Part shown: piece by piece, positions 17,317 through 23,761 of the stretch
Layout of the letters: each line of letters begins with the position of its first letter
Position numbering within the stretch: position 1 is the first letter of the stretch
DNA from: a virus
Taxonomy: Duplodnaviria > Heunggongvirae > Uroviricota > Caudoviricetes
Length of the DNA stretch: 23,761 nt
IMG/VR virus record: IMGVR_UViG_3300001598_000039
Span: 64,001 to 87,761 of that record
Strand: one strand, 5' to 3'
Program-made: the position numbers and the translations under genes
Notes under the pieces: model-generated
Databases searched by the model: none
What the model was told of the DNA's origin: nothing
Seen by the model: only the letters and a program-made list of their open reading frames with translations

Positions 17317-18186
17317 ATGAAGCTTAACCTAGAGATCCTCCCAGATGAGAGCGTCCTTTCAACGGACTCAGCAGAGACGGTCAAGAAGATCATCCGCCAA
17401 GCGGAGAAGTTCATCGCTAAGAACAAGCTTGGCCACTGCAAGGTCCTTGGCTGCAACGAGACTAGCCATCCATCAGGCTCGGTCTTCGAGATCACATTCA
17501 AAGGGCCAATCACTGAGCTGCTAGTCATCTATGGGAAGTACTTCTACGGCAAGAGCCCAGATTCGCTCAGCCTCGACGACTTGCGTGACTTGGTGAGCAA
17601 AGAGATGGGACAGCTCGAAGAGGCGCAAGAATGGTACGTCGACTGGAAGGACAATGAAGGAGACAGCGGAACATCTGGGCCGTTTGCTACGAAAGAGGAG
17701 CTCGACAAGTACATCGCTGCTTCTGACGCACGAGCATCAGCAAGCGAACGCACGGACTTCGGAGAGCCTTACTTGAAGGACAAAGTCGCCAAGCCGGCGA
17801 CGAAAGTTGAGCCAAAGAAGGAAGTAGCTAAGGTTGAGCCGGCTAAGCCAACAGTCCTCAACGTTGGTTCCGTTGTCGCTCGGCTCTTCAGAGGCATCTT
17901 TGGCCAGATGTATGACGTCAAGGTCATGAGCAAAGCAGAGGTCATGAAGTTGGCTGACTCAGATGACCATGCTCGTCTCTTCATAAGAGACCTCAAAGGC
18001 GGTGACTTCAAAGACTGCATCGTCATGAGCTGCAACCGTGATGTGCTGGACATCGATGACTTTGAAGGAAAGATGCAGGCGCTGCTTGGCTACATTGCGG
18101 TCAAGCCTGAGCAGTTCTACTTCAAGTCAGACGTCGACGGCAAGGGGAAAGACTGGGTCTTCCTCCCAATCGACTACGCCGACTGA
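17317..18186 (+). CDS. Hypothetical late protein (possible virion component)
   Basis: 289 aa with an internal K/P/E-rich linker; preceded by a late box; no recognised motif. Confidence 0.7.
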   Translation: MKLNLEILPDESVLSTDSAETVKKIIRQAEKFIAKNKLGHCKVLGCNETSHPSGSVFEITFKGPITELLVIYGKYFYGKSPDSLSLDDLRDLVSKEMGQLEEAQEWYVDWKDNEGDSGTSGPFATKEELDKYIAASDARASASERTDFGEPYLKDKVAKPATKVEPKKEVAKVEPAKPTVLNVGSVVARLFRGIFGQMYDVKVMSKAEVMKLADSDDHARLFIRDLKGGDFKDCIVMSCNRDVLDIDDFEGKMQALLGYIAVKPEQFYFKSDVDGKGKDWVFLPIDYAD

Positions 18187-18207
18187 ACATCTCCAGCAGA
18201 TGTGACG

Positions 18208-18237
18208 AAGCAGGCCGGAATCGCTTCCGGCCTGCTT
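18208..18237. terminator. Probable bidirectional terminator
   Basis: Perfect 13-bp inverted repeat AAGCAGGCCGGAA-TCGC-TTCCGGCCTGCTT between convergent genes. Confidence 0.8.
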
Positions 18238-18263
18238 GAGTCTTTGGAACTAGACACAATTTG

Positions 18264-19892
18264 TCACATCATCGGCGGCATCTGAGGCGCGCTCTTCTTG
18301 GCGTCCTCGGGGTCGTCGACGATGCCGCAGTCTGTCGTAAGGAGCAGGCCTGCGATCGAAGATGCGTTCTCCACCTCGCTGATGATGACTGCTGCAGGGT
18401 CAACGACGCCATCGGCAACCATGTCCACGTACTCCTTCTTCAGGACGTTGTAGCCGGTGCCATTCAGCGTGCTCTTCTCAAGCAGCTTGGCGATGATGAG
18501 CTCAGTCGTCTCACCAGCGTTGTCAAGGATGCGCTTTGCAGGAGCGCTCAGCGACTCACGGAGGATCTCTGCTCCAAGCCACTCATCACCAACGTAGTCA
18601 GCCTTGTTGAAGTTGACTGCCTGGCTGGCTTCAAGGAGCATGACACCACCGCCAGGGACGATGCCGGACTTGATCGAGTTCTTGGCGCTGTTGAAGGCGT
18701 CATCAACTCGGTCTTTCTTCTCAGCAAGCTCGGTCTCGGTCGTTGCTCCAACCGAGATGACTCCAATGCCAGAAGTCAGCTTGCTGTAGCGCTCAGTGAG
18801 CTTCTTCTTGTCAAACTCATCCTTGGCGGCGTCAATCTGGACCTTGATGCTGGCGACATACTTGTCCAGCGCTGCCTTGTCACTGCAGCCACCAACAATC
18901 GTCGTCTGGTCCTTGCTGACGATCACATTCTTTGCTGATCCAACGATTCCGCAGCTGAGGTTGACCTGGTTGAGCACAACTCCGAGCTCGTCTGAGACGA
19001 CTTGGCCGCCGCAGAGAGCGGCGATGTCGCGGAGGATCGCCTTCTTGTTGTCGCCATAGCTTGGAGCTTGGACGGCGCAGACAGGGAAGCCCTTCAGCTT
19101 GTTGATGACCAACGTTGAGAGTGCATCGCCTTCGACGTTCTCCGCGATGATGAGCAACGGACGGCCTTGGCCATTCGTCGAGACGTCTTGGAGGAGAGGG
19201 ATGATCTCCTGGAGGTTGCTGAGCTTCTTCTCAGTCACCAAGATCCATGGATTGCTGAGGTCTGCCTCCATCGCCTCGTTTGTGACAAAGTAAGGAGAGA
19301 GCCAACCGCGCTCGATGACCATTCCTTCGACGATCTTCGACGCCATTTCAGTTCCGCGGCCGTCTTCGACTTTGATCGTCCCTTCAGTTCCAAGCTTGGA
19401 GAAGACATCAGCAATGACTTCAGCGATCTCCTCGTCGTTGTTCGCACTGATCTTAGCGACCTGCTTGATCGCATCTTTGCCGGAGATTGGTGTTGCGCGG
19501 CCTTCAACATACTTGATGACAGCCTTTGCCGCCTTGTCGATGCCATTCTTCACCTGGACCGCATTGGCGCCCATTGAGACGTACTTGAGGCCGTTCTTGT
19601 AGATTGACTCACAGAGCACAACTGTGCCGGTCGTTCCATCACCAGACTTGTCGTTAGTCTTGCTTGACGCTTCGCGGACGAGCGACGCACCGATGTTCTC
19701 AAAGGGGTCCTTCAGCTCAACCGCCTTCGCGACAGTGACGCCGTCCTTGGTCAAATGGATTCCTGCTCCGCGTGAGATCGCGACTGTACGGCCTTTCGGT
19801 CCGAGTGTCGAACTCACAGCTTTGCTGATCTTAGAGACGCCCGCGAGGACCTTGCCTCGAAGCTCCGTGTCATAGTTGATCATCTTGCTCAT
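18264..19892 (-). CDS. groEL: Phage-encoded GroEL/Cpn60 chaperonin
   Basis: TLGPKGR, TKDGVTVAK, GDGTT, ISANND, GIVPGGG, GLLLTT; about 542 aa from ATG 19892. Confidence 0.95.
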   Translation of the reverse strand: MSKMINYDTELRGKVLAGVSKISKAVSSTLGPKGRTVAISRGAGIHLTKDGVTVAKAVELKDPFENIGASLVREASSKTNDKSGDGTTGTVVLCESIYKNGLKYVSMGANAVQVKNGIDKAAKAVIKYVEGRATPISGKDAIKQVAKISANNDEEIAEVIADVFSKLGTEGTIKVEDGRGTEMASKIVEGMVIERGWLSPYFVTNEAMEADLSNPWILVTEKKLSNLQEIIPLLQDVSTNGQGRPLLIIAENVEGDALSTLVINKLKGFPVCAVQAPSYGDNKKAILRDIAALCGGQVVSDELGVVLNQVNLSCGIVGSAKNVIVSKDQTTIVGGCSDKAALDKYVASIKVQIDAAKDEFDKKKLTERYSKLTSGIGVISVGATTETELAEKKDRVDDAFNSAKNSIKSGIVPGGGVMLLEASQAVNFNKADYVGDEWLGAEILRESLSAPAKRILDNAGETTELIIAKLLEKSTLNGTGYNVLKKEYVDMVADGVVDPAAVIISEVENASSIAGLLLTTDCGIVDDPEDAKKSAPQMPPMM

Positions 19893-19932
19893 GCTAGTTC
19901 TTTCTTGTCTTTCTGATTGTTCTGTAGACATT

Positions 19933-19938
19933 ATTGTA
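19933..19938 (-). promoter_or_regulatory. -10 box TACAAT for groEL
   Basis: Intergenic, 40 nt upstream of ATG 19892, with an A-rich leader. Confidence 0.5.
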
Positions 19939-19954
19939 CAGTCCGCCAGATGAA

Positions 19955-19961
19955 GTAAATA
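19955..19961 (+). promoter_or_regulatory. Late promoter box GTAAATA
   Basis: 8 nt before ATG 19970. Confidence 0.6.
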
Positions 19962-19969
19962 GTGATGCT

Positions 19970-20206
19970 ATGAAGACCATCATCACAATTGTGCTGAACG
20001 CCATTGGAAGCAGCTTGGCAAGCATCCTATGCGAAGGCTTGAGCTGCGCTAAGGCGCTCATCCAGTTCCTAAATGGAAAGCGCCAAGACAAGAAGGAAGC
20101 TGAAGCGCAAGCTAAGGTTGATGCCAAGAACAGCGCGATTGATGATGCGTGCAACAATGGCACTCTAGAAGACCTTTTAGACGCAACCAAAGGAGTGAAG
20201 AAGTGA
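19970..20206 (+). CDS. Small membrane protein, candidate i-spanin
   Basis: 78 aa; hydrophobic N-terminus followed by a charged helix; GTGA overlap with a lipoprotein gene. Confidence 0.45.
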   Translation: MKTIITIVLNAIGSSLASILCEGLSCAKALIQFLNGKRQDKKEAEAQAKVDAKNSAIDDACNNGTLEDLLDATKGVKK

Positions 20207-20421
20207 AAGCTTTAGCCATAGTGGCGATGTTCGTGATGCTGCTTGTTGGATGTAAGACAGCTGAGCCAACAGTCGAGACTACCAAGTGCTGGGAAGGGCA
20301 CTACTACAACACCAATGACTTTGTGACAGCAACAAAGCAGATCGAACTTGGACCAAAAGAGTCTATTTGGGTCCTCTCAAACCGCACGCTGTCGCGACTT
20401 CTGCAAAACACAGGAAAGTGA
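20203..20421 (+). CDS. Lipoprotein, candidate o-spanin
   Basis: GTG start; MKALAIVAMFVMLLVG-C signal peptide with LVGC lipobox; 72 aa. Confidence 0.6.
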   Translation: MKALAIVAMFVMLLVGCKTAEPTVETTKCWEGHYYNTNDFVTATKQIELGPKESIWVLSNRTLSRLLQNTGK

Positions 20422-20936
20422 TGACTATGACAGAAATGACCATGCCAGCGGACGTCAAGAAAGTCCAGAAGGCCCTCAACAAGCTCATCTCCGAAGAGAT
20501 GCTTGCGTACCTCACCTACAACGCCTATACCATTGCTGCTGACCCAGTCAACATCCCAGTGATCGCTGAGACCTTCAAAGAGATCGCCGAAGATGAGCTC
20601 AATGACCACCATGCCAACCTTGTCGCATGGGCGCTCGCTCATGGCTATGACATCCCTTGCAACTACAAGGAGTATGCCAAGCATGCATCTGAAGTCTCCG
20701 TCGCAGCGTACGACAAGGTGAAGAAGAACCAAGATGCGCGCTACTACATCGAAGAAGCACTCAAGGCTGAATGCGACGCCATCATGTCCTACACTGAGTT
20801 CCTTGACGCCGACTACATCCCATACGACTTGAATGCGATCATGCTCCAGAACTACTATGATGAGCTTGAGCACAGTGAAGACCTTCGCTCATTGCTCTAC
20901 GGCATCGACGCCAAGGAACAGTTTGGATTCGACTGA
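20421..20936 (+). CDS. Ferritin-like di-iron four-helix bundle protein
   Basis: SEEMLAY, EDELNDH, AECDAI and DELEH ligand pattern; about 170 aa. Confidence 0.75.
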   Translation: MTMTEMTMPADVKKVQKALNKLISEEMLAYLTYNAYTIAADPVNIPVIAETFKEIAEDELNDHHANLVAWALAHGYDIPCNYKEYAKHASEVSVAAYDKVKKNQDARYYIEEALKAECDAIMSYTEFLDADYIPYDLNAIMLQNYYDELEHSEDLRSLLYGIDAKEQFGFD

Positions 20937-20956
20937 GAGGGAAGAGGAAGACTACA

Positions 20957-21781
20957 ATGCACTACAACATCCAAAGCATGAGCAAGATGGTGCCAAGCCT
21001 CAAGGAGTTTGGCTATGACATCAAGACCCAGATTGAGAACGGCATCATCGGTGTAGACAACTCAAGAGCCTACTCCCGCGAGTGGATCAACAACTACTTC
21101 AAGATCGATGGGCCAAAGCCAAAGAACCGCTATGCGAAGCGCGACCAATACATCAATGACCAGCAAGTCGATGAAGTTGGCTACATGCTTGAGCACAAGA
21201 AGTTCCTCGCATTCGCCAAATACCTCTACAAGCAGCTAGATGAGTCTCTCAAAGACACCCAGTTCGGCTTCTGGACAGTTGACCAGCTCAATGCGCTCAT
21301 TGACCTAGCGCACAAGTACAACGGCCTGACGACAGACAACTACAAGCTGGCCATCAACTTCGACGTGCTCAGCAAGTACATCAAGATCTCACCTGAAGTC
21401 TCATCTGTGCAGAAGCTTGAAACTAGCGACCTTGACTTGAACAAGCAGTACCGCAACAACTACCTTGACACATACCGCCTGCTTGGCGCGCTTCTTGGTG
21501 AGATCAAAGGCCTAGAAGAGCACCTCAGAGAGTATGAAGCCAACTTGGCGCTTGTCGCAAAGACACCGGCATTCAAGATCAGCTGCCTCGTCTCAAAGCT
21601 GATGGTGTTCTACACTGTGGTGTTCGCCATCCCAAAGGCCTTCAACAACTACATCAAGTTTGGCATCGCCAAGTTCGAGCAAGAGAAGTTCGACAAGGCG
21701 CAAGCAGCCGCTCAAGCTGAACTCGACGCCATGGACCCGATCTCTCGCTACTATGCGACACACTCTTACACAGGAGACTGA
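20957..21781 (+). CDS. Hypothetical protein
   Basis: 274 aa with typical codon usage and a GAGGAAG RBS; no recognised motif. Confidence 0.75.
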   Translation: MHYNIQSMSKMVPSLKEFGYDIKTQIENGIIGVDNSRAYSREWINNYFKIDGPKPKNRYAKRDQYINDQQVDEVGYMLEHKKFLAFAKYLYKQLDESLKDTQFGFWTVDQLNALIDLAHKYNGLTTDNYKLAINFDVLSKYIKISPEVSSVQKLETSDLDLNKQYRNNYLDTYRLLGALLGEIKGLEEHLREYEANLALVAKTPAFKISCLVSKLMVFYTVVFAIPKAFNNYIKFGIAKFEQEKFDKAQAAAQAELDAMDPISRYYATHSYTGD

Positions 21782-21785
21782 TGAA

Positions 21786-21968
21786 ATGAGCATTCTTAAG
21801 AAAGCGCTTGCAGCTTTGGCCCTTATGGCCGTCTTAGTTGGCTGCACCACAAAGAACGACTACCAAGGCGACACAGGCACCAACACTGTCATCTTTGCTG
21901 CCGGATTCAATGAAGAGCAGTACGTCTGGGAGGCTTTCCTCTTTCCGACGAACCGCACCGAAAGGTAA
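21786..21968 (+). CDS. Small lipoprotein
   Basis: MSILKKALAALALMAVLVG-C, LVGC lipobox, 60 aa; ends TAA. Confidence 0.65.
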   Translation: MSILKKALAALALMAVLVGCTTKNDYQGDTGTNTVIFAAGFNEEQYVWEAFLFPTNRTER

Positions 21969-21971
21969 ATA
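21965..21971 (+). promoter_or_regulatory. Late promoter box GTAAATA
   Basis: Overlaps the lipoprotein stop; followed by a GAGGA RBS and ATG 21993. Confidence 0.55.
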
Positions 21972-21992
21972 GCTCAACTGAGGACAACAACT

Positions 21993-22160
21993 ATGGACCT
22001 AGAGACAATCGAGTTAGGCGGACTGAGAAGTGCTGATCCGCTCATCACTACAGACGCACTTTCTACCGCAATCAATGGCCTGGCCGACAAGACTGAAGTC
22101 TGGCTTACAGTTGACCCTTCAACTGGCCGTGTCGCAGCTACATACGATGACGGTGAATAA
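21993..22160 (+). CDS. Small hypothetical protein (55 aa)
   Basis: Manual translation MDLETIELGG...ATYDDGE; GAGGA RBS; below the ORF-track cutoff. Confidence 0.6.
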   Translation: MDLETIELGGLRSADPLITTDALSTAINGLADKTEVWLTVDPSTGRVAATYDDGE

Positions 22161-22197
22161 TCACAAACTTGCCTGAACAGCAGAAAGCAACAAACTT

Positions 22198-23761
22198 ATG
22201 GCTATCACAAAGATCGACCTCGCAACATACTCACAGCAAGAGCGCATCCTTACTGGCATCGACGCCCTCGCAATGAGCACTAGTTCCATCCAACCTGTCC
22301 GTTGGCACGTCAAGCGCATCAACGGCAACCAAGTCACGCTGAACTAGCGCGACCCGCCTGATGCCTATGGAGTCCAATGGGCAAGCACGCGCATCGTCAA
22401 GAAGCAGAACGCTGTCCCAGCTTACCCAACGGATGGCACGCTTGTCGTTGAGACCACGACTCGCAACCAATACGCCTCAACTGGCTATGTTGACACCCAA
22501 GCTGACGCCGGGACATGGTACTACAAGGCCTTCCCATATTCCTCAGCAGGGCTTGCCAACGTCTCGGACCTCAATGTCTTCGCCGACTCTGAGCAATATG
22601 GCTTCTACATCGACACCCTCGACGCTGATGAGAACAGCTGTGTCCACTACATCGGAGCAAACACTGACTTCAACAAGCTCTACATGGACTTCAACAGCGA
22701 CACTTTGGTCTGGGGAGACTGGCAGAATGCCTTCTTCATGCCAAAGCCTTGCATGCTGAACCTTGATGGCACAGTCGCATACTACCTCAACCCTTCTGAC
22801 TACACTAAGAAGGCTGATGGGACCGCGTCTGATGTCACAAACACCGCTTATGCTGGAAATGCGATGATGGAGTTCCCTGCGATCTACTACAAGATCTACA
22901 CGGAGAACAACAAGCACTACTTCCTCATCGCTGACAACAAGATCGATGATGACTATGAGTGCTGGAGCTGCAAGAAGGCTGATGGCACCTACTCTGAGCA
23001 CTTCTACCTTCCTTGCTACGAAGGCTCTGTTGTCTCTGGAACACTTCGTTCTATGTCGACAGGAGCTCTTCCAACAGGAAGCACAAACTCGACGAACGAG
23101 TACCAGTATGCTACAAACAACGGCTCTGGCTGGTACCCAACACTTTGGGCTGATGAGATGCTCATGCGGATGCTTGGAACTCTCGTCTTTGGCCGCTTGA
23201 ACTCGCAAGAAGCTATCGGGTCACTCTACAAAGCGGGCTCAGGTTCGCTTTACCTCAACTGCGGCTCGCTGAACGCTAAAGGCCTCTTCTATGGTAAGCG
23301 CTTCAATGGAGTCGACAACCAGCTCACTGGCACTAAGTTCTTCGGCATGGAGAACTGGTGGGGACATCGTTGGCGCCGTTCACAAGGCTTCAATACTGTT
23401 GGAAGTGGAGCAGTTTGGGTCAAGATGACTCCTTCGATGATTGATGGGTCCAAGTGTGTCGGATTCAAGACAAGCGATTCTGAGGCGGACTACACTGGCA
23501 ACTATGTCTCTGCCGGCAGTATCTATTGTCCAATGACTTCAGGTGACTTCATTACTGGCATCAACGCCACGAAGTTCAATGCATTCAGCCCGACTACAGT
23601 TGTTGGCTCATCTGCGACATACTTCTGCGACAAGATGTGGAGCAATACTGGCGTTAAGTGCCTTTACTCTGGCGGCAACTTGAACAATGGCTACAATGCC
23701 GGTCTGTTCGCGTTCAACGCGAACAACGCCCCATCGAACGCCAACTGGAACATCGGGGCTT
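22198..23761 (+). CDS. Tail fibre/receptor-binding-like protein (>520 aa, partial) with an FN3-like N-domain, a C-type-lectin-like C-terminus and one in-frame TAG (22345-22347)
   Basis: Manual translation from ATG 22198 is open to the window end apart from one TAG. Contains WASTRIVKK..PTDGTLVVETTTRNQY..GYVD..YYKAFPYS, WQNAFFMPKPCML, GNAMMEFP, FFGMENWWG and GGNLNNG..GLF..N.NN..SNANWNIG. Absent from the ORF track. Confidence 0.8.
23671..23761 (+). repeat. DGR variable/template-repeat-like AAC-rich segment (partner copy not in window)
   Basis: 10 of 30 codons are Asn (8 AAC, 2 AAT) in the GGxWxN...N.NN...N.NWNIG pattern typical of DGR targets. Confidence 0.5.

Noticed and set aside
18187-18203. 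Small hairpin ACATCT-CCAGC-AGATGT
   Set aside because: Only 6 bp and next to a much stronger terminator stem; no independent evidence of function.
212-22347. Treating the four TAG-broken genes as pseudogenes
   Set aside because: All breaks are TAG with no frameshifts or TAA/TGA, the genes include essential-type morphogenesis functions, and motifs and codon usage stay intact downstream. Not formally excluded without reads.
212-22347. Pyrrolysine or selenocysteine decoding
   Set aside because: No pyl genes or methylamine-enzyme context, and TGA is the commonest true stop here.
482-23208. Many 60-250 aa antisense and alternative-frame ORFs in the track (for example 840..1343, 13538..14287, 18261..18938, 20304..20873, 22543..23208)
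   Set aside because: They shadow well-supported genes, have no motifs, and are explained by codon bias that leaves few stops on the opposite strand.
1-23761. tRNA (including an amber suppressor), CRISPR array, IS element, intron or intein
   Set aside because: Intergenic gaps are too short and show no cloverleaf, spaced repeats or transposase. Helicase, primase and UvsX are of normal length without intein motifs. Recoding machinery, if present, lies outside this window.
1-23761. Assigning a host taxon
   Set aside because: Lipoboxes and a spanin-like pair only suggest a diderm host; nothing in the sequence identifies the lineage.

Overview
Gene-dense fragment of a large T4-like dsDNA phage. 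The minus strand carries a T4-type replication/recombination cluster (gp32 SSB, gp59-like loader, gp41 helicase, UvsX, gp61 primase, gp45-like clamp, gp46/gp47), interleaved with two morphogenesis genes (gp15-like tail terminator, gp4-like head-completion nuclease), a family-2 glycosyltransferase, an Hsp20 and a GroEL. The plus strand carries a tandem pair of ADP-ribosyltransferase-like proteins, a candidate spanin pair, a ferritin-like protein, a lipoprotein and a long tail-fibre-like ORF whose end resembles a DGR repeat. Main observation: TAG appears to be a sense codon. Five in-frame TAGs interrupt four otherwise intact genes, while 27 of the 28 gene ends I checked are TAA/TGA. All four interrupted genes lie downstream of a late-promoter-like GTAAATA box, and none of the replication genes contains an internal TAG. 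Two promoter classes are visible (TANAAT -10 boxes and GTAAATA boxes), and many sit 6-8 nt from the ATG, which suggests extensive leaderless translation. The supplied ORF track uses the standard code, so it fragments or misses several real genes. Family assignments come from motif recognition and recalled consensus, not from database searches. I saw no tRNA, rRNA, CRISPR array or integrase.
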